From Clostridiaceae bacterium (GTDB taxonomy: Bacteria; Bacillota; Clostridia; Oscillospirales; Acutalibacteraceae): a DNA stretch of 40,515 nt. The stretch lies in the NCBI GenBank assembly GCA_016292575.1, contig JAEDIH010000001.1, positions 1 to 40,515 on the forward strand, in the 5' to 3' direction. The position numbers and the translations under genes were made by a program. Positions 1-7,922 of this stretch are shown here, piece by piece; position 1 is the first letter of the stretch, and each line of letters opens with the position of its first letter. The notes under the pieces were generated by a model, which did not search any database, was not told where the DNA came from, and saw only the letters and a list, made by a program, of their open reading frames with translations.

Positions 1-148
1 GCAAAAAGAGATTCTTACAGACCTCGCCGTCGGTAAAAACTCCGAGCGCGTCCATCTCCTCAATGGTGTGTACCTCCGGGTGGTTAATAACCTTATATTC
101 TATGCCGAGAGAATCAAGAGCGGCATAGACCTTTTCCCTTTCCTCCAT
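1..148 (-). CDS. YbaK/ProX-type aminoacyl-tRNA editing (deacylase) domain protein, N-terminal fragment running off the window
   Basis: Minus-strand ATG at 148 with AGGAGGG 7 nt upstream. Translation MEEREKVYAALDSLGIEYKVINHPEVHTIEEMDALGVFTDGEVCKNLFL resembles N-termini of the prolyl-tRNA-synthetase-associated/YbaK family (CKNLFL). The start overlaps the upstream stop (TGATG). Confidence 0.55.
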   Translation of the reverse strand, partial: MEEREKVYAALDSLGIEYKVINHPEVHTIEEMDALGVFTDGEVCKNLFL

Positions 149-1287
149 CAGGCGGCCCTCCTGTAGGTGGTAATGCTGCCGTCCTCAACATTTTTGAGCG
201 TCAGCGTATCGCCGGCAACAGCAAATTCATAGGAATTAATTATCGCTTTTCCATAGATTGAAAAATTAACGGTCACTCTGCCTTCGGAAACGGAGTAGGT
301 TCCGCCGTAGGTTCCGTTTATCGGCATATTTATTACGGGAATTGTGAAATTGACGTATGTTACGTCCACCGAGCCGCCCTGCTTGAAATTGAAGCCGCTC
401 ATGTTCGCGCCGTCCGTCCATTTGCCGATGAGATCGGACGCTGAGCTTGAAGTATTGTAGCCCGAACCGCCGCGGACAAGCAACGTTGTTTCGCCGCTGC
501 TTTCGGTCAGGCTCATTGTGTTGCCGGAAACGGAATATGTCAGCTCCTGGGTAACCTTGCTTTCGTTCATCATGAACTGAACGGTAAGCTTGTTGCCGTT
601 TGTCATATAGATACCCTTATAGCTGCCGTTAAGCTCCCCGGACGAAACGGAGGACATTCTGCCCTTGTTGAAGCTGATATCAACGGTGGAATCGTTATTG
701 AAGCCGTATTTTATGCTGCTGTCGCCGTTTGCCCAGACTCCGACGATTTCGCTGCCGTTTACGACCTGCGCAGGCGAAGTTGTTGTTGAAGCAGAGGTGC
801 TTTCCTGCTTTTTAACATAAGCATAGGTTGAAACCTCGCCGTCCTCAACATTTTTAAGCGTCAGCTCGCTTTGCGGTACAACGGACACCTCAAAGTTTTT
901 GCTGATTGTTTTGGCGTAGATTGAAAACTTCACGTTCAAAGTATTGCCCGTGACGGTATATGTGCCGTTTGCCGTGCCGTTGATGGGCAAGTCAATGACC
1001 GGAACGGTGAGGTTAACATAAGTTACGGTAACAGTGCCGTCCGAAAAAAATTCATAGCCGCTCATCTGCGCGCTGTCCATCCATTTGCCGACAAGAAGCT
1101 CCTGCAAGGTGGGCGCGGCGGTGGTGCTTTCGCTGACGGAAGAGGGCGCCGGCGCATTTGAAGAAGTGGTTGCTTCGGGCTGCCTGCGCCTGCTTGCAAT
1201 GCTTACGCCTGCTATGACCGCAATGCAAACGACCAGGGTTGCCGCAATTACGGCAATGATGATCTTTGTGCTTTTTGTCATATTCAT
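148..1287 (-). CDS. Membrane-anchored protein with three tandem lipocalin-like (GxW...DGT beta-barrel type) modules
   Basis: 379-aa ORF with AGGAGG 7 nt before the ATG. N-terminal TM anchor (IIIAVIAATLVVCIAVIAGVSIA) followed by a Ser/Thr/Pro-rich linker. Three roughly 95-aa modules each start (L/I)(V/I)GKW/GVW and end LTLKNVEDG.. or a similar motif. Confidence 0.75.
   Translation of the reverse strand: MNMTKSTKIIIAVIAATLVVCIAVIAGVSIASRRRQPEATTSSNAPAPSSVSESTTAAPTLQELLVGKWMDSAQMSGYEFFSDGTVTVTYVNLTVPVIDLPINGTANGTYTVTGNTLNVKFSIYAKTISKNFEVSVVPQSELTLKNVEDGEVSTYAYVKKQESTSASTTTSPAQVVNGSEIVGVWANGDSSIKYGFNNDSTVDISFNKGRMSSVSSGELNGSYKGIYMTNGNKLTVQFMMNESKVTQELTYSVSGNTMSLTESSGETTLLVRGGSGYNTSSSASDLIGKWTDGANMSGFNFKQGGSVDVTYVNFTIPVINMPINGTYGGTYSVSEGRVTVNFSIYGKAIINSYEFAVAGDTLTLKNVEDGSITTYRRAA
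151..1098 (-). repeat. Three intragenic domain repeats, with modules 1 and 3 clearly paralogous
   Basis: Protein modules LVGKWMDSAQMSGYEFFSDGTVTVTYVNLTVPVIDLPINGT.. and LIGKWTDGANMSGFNFKQGGSVDVTYVNFTIPVINMPINGT.. are paralogous. DNA segments 178-205 and 838-865 (gccgtcctcaacattttt[g/a]agcgtcagc) differ at 1 of 28 nt and are offset by 660 nt. Confidence 0.8.
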
Positions 1288-1313
1288 TGTTTTTCCTCCT
1301 GTCGGAACTAATT

Positions 1314-1348
1314 TGAAAAACGAACCGAGCCGAAAACGACCCGGTCCG
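1314..1348 (-). terminator. Intrinsic terminator or attenuator between the two lipocalin-like genes
   Basis: Minus strand reads GGACCGGGTCG-TTTT-CGGCTCGGTTC, an 11-bp stem including 3 G.U pairs, followed by GTTTTTC. The downstream gene has no room for its own promoter, so only partial termination is likely. Confidence 0.5.
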
Positions 1349-1365
1349 AAAAAGGTTGCTTTTAT

Positions 1366-1821
1366 TTATGCCGCAACGCTGCTTGAAGAAGCGTCGGGCG
1401 AAGCCGGTGCACTGCTGCTTGAGGGCGCTTCGGGCTTATAGGAAACGAACGAGAAGGTCTTTCCGCTGTCAACAGACTTAAGGGTAAGAACATCGCTTGA
1501 AATATCGGTAATTACATATTCAAGCTTGATAGAGATGAGGAAAGTGAAGTTGAGAGTAAGGTGATACTCCTTGGTTGCTTCGTCCTTCATAACGGTGTAG
1601 GTTCCCTCGGTGTCAACGCTGATTGCCGAAAGAGCGGAAGAGATTGCGGAAGCATTACCGCTGATTTTGCAAACACCGCCCTCCTTGAATTCAAGAGCAA
1701 CAACGCCGGTTGAGTCCTTCCATGAACCGAGGATCTTCTTTTCCGGAGTGAAAGCGCAGGCTGCAAAGCAGCAAACAACAACCGCAAGCGCAAGCACAAT
1801 GGACGTAATCTTTTTTAACAT
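1366..1821 (-). CDS. Lipoprotein with a single lipocalin-like module and a Ser/Pro/Ala-rich tail
   Basis: 151-aa ORF with a GGAGG SD. Signal peptide with lipobox (..VVVCCFAAC), then ILGSWKDSTGVVALEFKEGGVC.. of the same module type as the neighbouring gene. Confidence 0.75.
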   Translation of the reverse strand: MLKKITSIVLALAVVVCCFAACAFTPEKKILGSWKDSTGVVALEFKEGGVCKISGNASAISSALSAISVDTEGTYTVMKDEATKEYHLTLNFTFLISIKLEYVITDISSDVLTLKSVDSGKTFSFVSYKPEAPSSSSAPASPDASSSSVAA

Positions 1822-1887
1822 ATCAATAACCTCCGTTTGTTGAGTGGGCGAACATATTTTGTTTTATGTATCCGCTCGCCTTTTGGT

Positions 1888-1916
1888 ATTATACAACAAA
1901 AGTTCACGTTTGTAAA
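1888..1916 (-). promoter_or_regulatory. SigmaA-type promoter for the lipocalin-like gene pair
   Basis: Minus strand reads TTTACA, a 17-nt spacer, then TATAAT (-35 at 1916-1911, -10 at 1893-1888). It lies about 65 nt upstream of the ATG at 1821. Confidence 0.6.
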
Positions 1917-2023
1917 GGAGAATTTTTATTTTGATTATACAGAAATTCCGTGTTCCGCGTTCTGCATATACGACAGCCACCCGTTCTACCAAATCCGGAG
2001 AACGAGCGGCCGCTTTAAAATCT

Positions 2024-5000
2024 TTACTTAACTTTTACCGCGCAGATTGCAATGTAATTTCCGTCGTTTGTTACAACTCGAATTTCACAATAGCCTTTTC
2101 CTACGGCCGTTACAACGCCCTTGGAGTTGACCTTTGCAATCTTTCTGTTTGATGAGCTCCACTTGACCTTTTTGTTCGTTGCGTCCTGCGGAACAATGGT
2201 GGCCTTGAGTCTGGCGGTATCCTTAGGTTTGAGCGAAAGGTAAATCTTGTTGAGCTTTACACCGAGCACGGAGCGCTTGACCACGGTTACAACAATCTGC
2301 GCCTCCTTGGCGTTTCCGCCGTCGGCAGGCGTGCAGGTGATTATCGCCTTGCCTGCTTTGACTGCGGTCAGCCTGCCCTTGGAGTTGACCTTTACAACCG
2401 ACGGATCGCTTGATTTCCACTTGAGCTTTCCACCCGTTGCGCCCTTGGGCGAAATGACAGGACTGAGGGTCTGCTTTGTTCCGAGCACCACTTCAACATT
2501 GTCGGACTTGAACGAAACCTTTTTAATCTTCTGGAGAGAAACAGTGACAACGCAGGTTGCGGTCTTGTTCCTGTACTGTGTTTTGCAGGTTATGGTTGCC
2601 TTGCCCGGAGCAACTGCGGTAACCTTGCCCTTTGAGTCAACCTTTGCAACCTTGGGGTTTGATGAAGTCCATGTTACGGTTTTTATTGTGGTATCAGCCG
2701 GAGTGAACAGGCATGAAAGCTGCAGGCTCTGCTTAACGGTGAGTGCGGCCGACTGCTTGCTCAGCTTGATAGACTGAACCTTGACGTTTTTAACGGTGAC
2801 TTCGCATACGGCTTTTTTGCCGGTATCGCGCGTTGTGCAGGTAATTGTTGCAGTACCCTTGCCGACAGCTTTTACAACGCCCTTTGAATCGACCGTTGCA
2901 ACCTTTTTGTTGCTTGAGCGCCAAATCAGCGACTTATCCGTTGTGTCCTCCGGCTCAACGGTGGCAACGAGTGCCTTTGTTCTGCCGACATATACCGTGC
3001 AGCTTAAACGGTTGAGCGAAACGGAGGTTGATTTGACAATCTTTTTCACGGTGACAATGCAGGTGGCAACAAAGCCGCCGTCCTCGCTTATGCAGGTAAT
3101 GGTGGTTGTGCCGGCCCTCTTGCCGAGTACGGTTCCGTTGCGGTCAACCGAAGCGATGTTGTCGTTATCGGAGATCCAGTTGACCTTTTTGTTCGTTGCG
3201 TTCAGCGGATAAACCGTCGGAACAAGGGTGAGCGACTTTCCGGCATAGATCAGTGCCGTTGAACGGTTGAGTCTGATTGAGGTTACGTCCACAACAACAT
3301 TAACGGTGCATCTTGCAGTTGCAAAGCTGTTATCCTTTGCGGTAACGGTAATGGTTGCCGTTCCGGGAGCAATGGCGTTGACGTTGCCGTATTCGTCAAC
3401 GGTTGCAATCTTGGTGTTTGAGGATTTATAGACAACGTCTCTGAAGGTTGCGTCTGAGGGAATAACCGAGGCGGAAATAAGGTCGGACTTTCCGAGCCTT
3501 ATTGTGGTCTTATACTTGGAAAGCTCAATCTTGCTGACTTCGATTTTCTGAAGCACCTTAACCTCGCACCTTGAGGTAAACTTTCCGTCAACGGTTTCGC
3601 AGATGATTGAAGCAATACCCGAGCCTACGCCCATGACAACGCCGTTTTCGTCAACGGTGGCAACGCGCTCGTTGCCCGAATACCAGCGCACCTTTTTGTT
3701 TGACGCGCTCGCCGGAAAAACATCATAGGAAAGCTTTACTGTTCTTGTTGTATAAATCTCTGCCGTTTTGGGCGTGACCTCAACCGAGGATACGGGAACG
3801 GTGACGGTAACGGGGCACCTTGCAATGTAGCCGCCGTCCTCGCTTTTGCAGATGATCTCGCACATGCCGCCGCCCACTGCGGTGACAAAGCCGAACTGAT
3901 CGACCGTTGCAACAGCCGTATTTGAGGAGGACCACGAAACATTCTTATTCACCGCGTCCTCGGGAAGAATGGTGTAGTTAAGCTTTGCGCTGTTTGATAT
4001 CTGAAGCGAAAGGTTTGCCTGATCAAGCCTTACATTACCGACGCGCTTTGTTACGCCGATAAGGCTCAGAGGGAAGTTTTGCGCCCATATTCTCTGAAGC
4101 TTATCGGACGGGTGTGCGCCGTCAATGGTGTATTCGGGCAGAAAAGCCTCCGGATCGTTCGGGTTTGCGGAAATATCGTTGAAATTGACATAGCCGTCGT
4201 GAAGCCTCTGCGCCGCAGCGGTCGTTGCAAGCCACTCGTTAACGTCAAGGGCTATCTGCCAGTCATGCTTGAACTCCGCCTCGGTGCGAACATACTTTGC
4301 GCCCGTTCCAAGGTAGTCGCGGTCGTTGCCCTTCCACTGCGTGATGCCGATAACAATGACCTTTATTCCGGCCTTATGAAGCTTTGCAAAGGCCTGTTTG
4401 AAATATCCTATAAGCTCCTGAGCCGTGGGCTGCTTAATGCCCGGATACTGCTCCTGAATATCTTTGCAGACCGGGTGCATAATGTCGTTTGCGCCAATCT
4501 TGATTATCGCATATTTTACGCCTGACTGCGAAAGCACGTCCGTGTCAAGTCTGTCAAGCATTGAATGACCAAAGATCAACGAGCCATATCCGAGACCGTC
4601 GCCGCCGAGACGGTTGCCGATGATGCCCTTTCCGAGCACACCGACGTCGCGCGTTCCGGTGTTGAAAATTTCCTCGCCGAGGTACTTAGGAAACTCGTTT
4701 GAAACAGTCGAGTCACCGATAACAACAACGGAATAGCCCTTTTCATCCGAAAGAACGTCAACAGCTTCAATGCAGGGAGTAACCTTGATAAAGCTATACG
4801 ACATATGAAGTCCCATATTGAAGCCGAGCTGTTTGAGAATGCTGATGACAATCTCGTTATCAATGTCAAAATCGCTTGAAAACATGAGGTTCCTTGAACC
4901 GGTCTGATCCTCGCCGAGCGCAAGATATGACTCCGCACCGGAAAGACCCATCGTTGTGATTTCATTGAGCTTTTTGACATAAATGCTGATGGCAATGTTC

Positions 5001-5422
5001 TCCATTGCGGTAACATTAAAGCTTATTGCATCGGAATAGACATACTTTCCGGCAGGAATTGTGACGGAGGGAGAGCCATTGTTAAAGGTTATGTAACGCA
5101 GCGTGGTCTCATCAATGGTTGAACCGCTCACAGACTTTGCAACTGTTACTCTGTCAAGCGTAATAGGCTTTTCGCCGTGGATATTGGAAAAGCGGACGCG
5201 GATTTTTGAGCCGCTTGCGGTGCAGGTAAGCACGGTTCTTGTTGTCACCCTTTCAACCGCAGCCGTTATATTATCATAGCCGGCTATTCCTATCTTCGTT
5301 GGAGCGGTTGACCACGCGCCAATCCAGTTTTCATCCCCGGCGGCCGAAGAAACAAACAACGTACAGGCAAGCGCTGCCAAAACAAAGACAGTGAAGAAGA
5401 GGCTTTTCAAAACCTTTTTCAT
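2024..5422 (-). CDS. Secreted SGNH/GDSL-family hydrolase (esterase) fused to eight Big_2 Ig-like domains
   Basis: 1132-aa ORF with a signal peptide (MKKVLKSLFFTVFVLAALACTLFVSSAAG). SGNH blocks present: VVVIGDSTVSN (block I), GIIGNRLGG (II), IGANDI (III), DGAHPSD (V). These are followed by eight repeats of about 83 aa with the Big_2 signature (..W.SSN..VATVD..G.VTAV..G.A.ITC..). Confidence 0.85.
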   Translation of the reverse strand: MKKVLKSLFFTVFVLAALACTLFVSSAAGDENWIGAWSTAPTKIGIAGYDNITAAVERVTTRTVLTCTASGSKIRVRFSNIHGEKPITLDRVTVAKSVSGSTIDETTLRYITFNNGSPSVTIPAGKYVYSDAISFNVTAMENIAISIYVKKLNEITTMGLSGAESYLALGEDQTGSRNLMFSSDFDIDNEIVISILKQLGFNMGLHMSYSFIKVTPCIEAVDVLSDEKGYSVVVIGDSTVSNEFPKYLGEEIFNTGTRDVGVLGKGIIGNRLGGDGLGYGSLIFGHSMLDRLDTDVLSQSGVKYAIIKIGANDIMHPVCKDIQEQYPGIKQPTAQELIGYFKQAFAKLHKAGIKVIVIGITQWKGNDRDYLGTGAKYVRTEAEFKHDWQIALDVNEWLATTAAAQRLHDGYVNFNDISANPNDPEAFLPEYTIDGAHPSDKLQRIWAQNFPLSLIGVTKRVGNVRLDQANLSLQISNSAKLNYTILPEDAVNKNVSWSSSNTAVATVDQFGFVTAVGGGMCEIICKSEDGGYIARCPVTVTVPVSSVEVTPKTAEIYTTRTVKLSYDVFPASASNKKVRWYSGNERVATVDENGVVMGVGSGIASIICETVDGKFTSRCEVKVLQKIEVSKIELSKYKTTIRLGKSDLISASVIPSDATFRDVVYKSSNTKIATVDEYGNVNAIAPGTATITVTAKDNSFATARCTVNVVVDVTSIRLNRSTALIYAGKSLTLVPTVYPLNATNKKVNWISDNDNIASVDRNGTVLGKRAGTTTITCISEDGGFVATCIVTVKKIVKSTSVSLNRLSCTVYVGRTKALVATVEPEDTTDKSLIWRSSNKKVATVDSKGVVKAVGKGTATITCTTRDTGKKAVCEVTVKNVKVQSIKLSKQSAALTVKQSLQLSCLFTPADTTIKTVTWTSSNPKVAKVDSKGKVTAVAPGKATITCKTQYRNKTATCVVTVSLQKIKKVSFKSDNVEVVLGTKQTLSPVISPKGATGGKLKWKSSDPSVVKVNSKGRLTAVKAGKAIITCTPADGGNAKEAQIVVTVVKRSVLGVKLNKIYLSLKPKDTARLKATIVPQDATNKKVKWSSSNRKIAKVNSKGVVTAVGKGYCEIRVVTNDGNYIAICAVKVK
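2027..4030 (-). repeat. Array of eight tandem Big_2 domain-coding repeats (protein-level repeats)
   Basis: Recurrent motifs: NVSWSSSNTAVATVDQFG, KVRWYSGNERVATVDENG, VVYKSSNTKIATVDEYG, KVNWISDNDNIASVDRNG, LIWRSSNKKVATVDSKG, VTWTSSNPKVAKVDSKG, KLKWKSSDPSVVKVNSKG, KVKWSSSNRKIAKVNSKG. Confidence 0.85.
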
Positions 5423-5554
5423 ATGATACTTCCTTTCCGTAAAACAGAAGATTTTACTTTAGAAAAACTGTTACAAATTATATAATAATACAAATTCCTT
5501 AAAAAATCAACACCGCAGGTATAACTGAGAATTTTTGGAAAAGCCGGCATTCTC

Positions 5555-6913
5555 TTATTTTTTTGCGGAAACCTTTTTCTTTTCATCGGAAGAGTTTTCC
5601 CGCTTTGTTTTTTTAATAAGTCTAATAAAGTAAATGATTACGCCCGAGAGCGCGACAACCTCAAGAATAATGAACCACGTTGAGGTAAGAACGGCTTTCA
5701 CGCCTGTCATTGCAAGGCGGAAAACGCTGAGACTTACATCGTTTGCAGCAACCAGATTTATTGTTGCAATCTCGCCGCCGGCATAGTAAACCTTGGCCTG
5801 ACAAATTACCTCGCCTGCCTTTATTGGTGCGGAAAGCTTTTCCGGCAGCGTTTCCTTAACAGGTTCAATGAGCACGGAATCACTTGTTGCTCCTGCCGGA
5901 ACAAGAGCAGAGGTCTCCTTTTCCGGAACAAGGCGCAGCGTGTCGCCGTTCTTTCCGGCAACAACGTTAACAATTGTAACGGTCTGGTTTGCAGTTGCAA
6001 CAACTCTGAAGCGGATATTGTCATAGACCCACGCAACAAGCTTTTTTGCGTCGGTAACCGCCGTGTTTTCCTCTGAGCCGTCGGAGTCGATATCCTTATA
6101 TTCTCCGCCCATTACAACGGTGAGATAGGAGTAGCCGTCCTGCGAGGATACGGCCGCAATGCACTCCCCTGCCTTATCGGTTGAGGTCTGCTTTCCGCCC
6201 GTTATCGAGGGGTGATAGTAAAGGCTGATGGTCTGGTTGAGCATTTTGTTTGAGGCGCTGTAGGTACGCTCCTCATTCTGCTGCGTTTTCGGCAGCACAA
6301 CCTCGGACGCCGAAAACGCCTCGCTGAAAGCAGGATAGTTGAGGGCATATTTCACAATTTTTGCAACGTCTGCGGCAGTTGTATACTGTCCGTCCTCATC
6401 AAAGCCCGTGATGTTTTTAAGCTTTGTGTTCTTGCAGCCTATTTTATCGGCAAGGCTCTGCATTATGCTCACAAACGAGGCGGAGGAGCCGGAAATGCTG
6501 TGGGCAACAACGCTTGCAACATCGTTTGCACCGTAGATAATGAGCGCGTCCAAAAGCTGCTTTTTGGTATAGGTCTCCCCGGCCTTGAGATCCGCCACGC
6601 GCACTCCGTAGGTATACTCAACAAGGGAAAGCGATTTTTCCGTTACCTCGACCTGCTCTTCAAGACTGCCCCAGTTTTCGATTGCGGCAACTGCGGCAAG
6701 AAGCTTTACAAAGGCTGCCGGCGGAACGCTTTTGTTCTCGTTTTTACTGAACATTACCGAGCCGTCATCAAGGCTTATCATGTAATATTCCTTTGAATCA
6801 AGCTTTTTTGTGACCTCGGTCTCGTTGTTATAGGTTGCAAGAGCCGCAGACGGCGGCAGCACCGCGGCAAAAACAAGCACAAGCGAAACAACGGCGGCAA
6901 AAATCTTCTTCAT
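5555..6913 (-). CDS. Peptidase S11 (PBP5/DacF-like D-Ala-D-Ala carboxypeptidase) homologue with degenerate active-site motifs and a C-terminal TM anchor
   Basis: Overall PBP5-like layout with a signal peptide and a C-terminal TM plus basic tail. The start is preferred at ATG 6913 (GGTGA 8 nt upstream); the ORF track extends to 6925. SxxK reads PPAAFVK, SxN reads YGANDVA, KTG reads GGKQTST. Confidence 0.75.
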   Translation of the reverse strand: MKKIFAAVVSLVLVFAAVLPPSAALATYNNETEVTKKLDSKEYYMISLDDGSVMFSKNENKSVPPAAFVKLLAAVAAIENWGSLEEQVEVTEKSLSLVEYTYGVRVADLKAGETYTKKQLLDALIIYGANDVASVVAHSISGSSASFVSIMQSLADKIGCKNTKLKNITGFDEDGQYTTAADVAKIVKYALNYPAFSEAFSASEVVLPKTQQNEERTYSASNKMLNQTISLYYHPSITGGKQTSTDKAGECIAAVSSQDGYSYLTVVMGGEYKDIDSDGSEENTAVTDAKKLVAWVYDNIRFRVVATANQTVTIVNVVAGKNGDTLRLVPEKETSALVPAGATSDSVLIEPVKETLPEKLSAPIKAGEVICQAKVYYAGGEIATINLVAANDVSLSVFRLAMTGVKAVLTSTWFIILEVVALSGVIIYFIRLIKKTKRENSSDEKKKVSAKK

Positions 6914-7145
6914 AATCCACATCACCCATTTAACACATTCTGTCTGTTTTTTTGAAACGATTGCAAAACGCTGAAAAGTATGCTATATTAATCATACATT
7001 TGAAAAGCACCAACTTATATTCGATTAATTATAACAATTATTTCGCCGAAAATAAACCTTTTCGGTAAATTAATTTTAAATTTACATTTTCTGTTTTGCG
7101 AAAGGAGCTTTCCGGAGGGAAAATCCGGGGCTTTCGGTGGTTAAA

Positions 7146-7859
7146 ATGATCTATGTTACCGGCGACACACATGCAGTTCTCTCACGCTTTGACGACCCGC
7201 GCCTGAACGCGCTCAAAAAGGACGATATTCTTATCGTCTGCGGCGACTTCGGCTTCCTTTGGGACGGCTCAAAGGAGGAAATGAATACACTCAAAAAGCT
7301 TGCAAAGAAAAAATATACAATTTGCTTCATTGACGGTACGCACGAAAACTTTGACATGCTTTCAAAGCTAAAGGTCAAAAAGTGGCACGGCGGCAAGGTT
7401 CATCAGATTGCAGGCAACATTCTCCACCTCATGCGCGGCCAGGTTTTTGAGCTTGAGGGCAAAAAAATCTTCACAATGGGCGGCGGAGAAAGCCCGGACA
7501 TTGAAATACGCTTTGAGATGAACACCTGGTCGGAAAAGGAAATTCCGACGCGCGACGAGCTTGTTGAAGGAGTTGACAACCTGCAAAAATACGGCGGCAA
7601 GGTCGATATCATCATTACCCACGAGCCGCCGGCAAAAATCAAGGAATTTCTGCTGCTTGACCGCGTAGGCGTCACGGGAATCACCGCTATTAACACCTAT
7701 CTTGAGGACGTTGGAAAAACCTGCGAGTTTGAACACTGGTACTTCGGCTCGCTCCACCTTGACAAGGTTATTTCAAAAACCCACATTTCCCTTTTTTCCG
7801 GAATTTTCAACGCCGTCACCGGAGAAGAAATAAAAAAACAGCGCTCTTTTGCGCAGTAA
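7146..7859 (+). CDS. Calcineurin-like metallophosphoesterase
   Basis: Motifs IYVTGDTHA, VCGDFGF, DGTHENF, ITHEPP. ATG 7146 has GGTGG 5 nt upstream. The track start at 7137 is a GTG without a usable SD. Confidence 0.85.
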   Translation: MIYVTGDTHAVLSRFDDPRLNALKKDDILIVCGDFGFLWDGSKEEMNTLKKLAKKKYTICFIDGTHENFDMLSKLKVKKWHGGKVHQIAGNILHLMRGQVFELEGKKIFTMGGGESPDIEIRFEMNTWSEKEIPTRDELVEGVDNLQKYGGKVDIIITHEPPAKIKEFLLLDRVGVTGITAINTYLEDVGKTCEFEHWYFGSLHLDKVISKTHISLFSGIFNAVTGEEIKKQRSFAQ

Positions 7860-7866
7860 AATTATC

Positions 7867-7909
7867 GCACCCCGAGAGCGTTATGCTTTTCGGGGTGCAA
7901 GTGTTTTTT
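7867..7909. terminator. Bidirectional intrinsic terminator between convergent genes
   Basis: GCACCCCGA-14 nt-TCGGGGTGC (9 bp), followed by aagtgTTTTTT on the plus strand and an A/T-rich run on the other side. Confidence 0.75.
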
Positions 7910-7922
7910 AATTTCCGTTTGT

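Noticed and set aside
1931-2152. 73-aa TTG-initiated ORF preceded by AAAGGAG.
   Set aside because: The AAAGGAG is the complement of the -35 region of the minus-strand promoter. The ORF runs antisense into the 3' end of the SGNH/Big_2 gene and has no family resemblance.
7046-7085. AT-rich hairpin CCGAAAA-6 nt-TTTTCGG and inverted repeat GTAAATT-N7-AATTTAC in the divergent region between the PBP5-like gene and the metallophosphoesterase gene.
   Set aside because: Both are low-complexity AT-rich sequence where such symmetry arises by chance, and neither has a clear positional relationship to a confident promoter.
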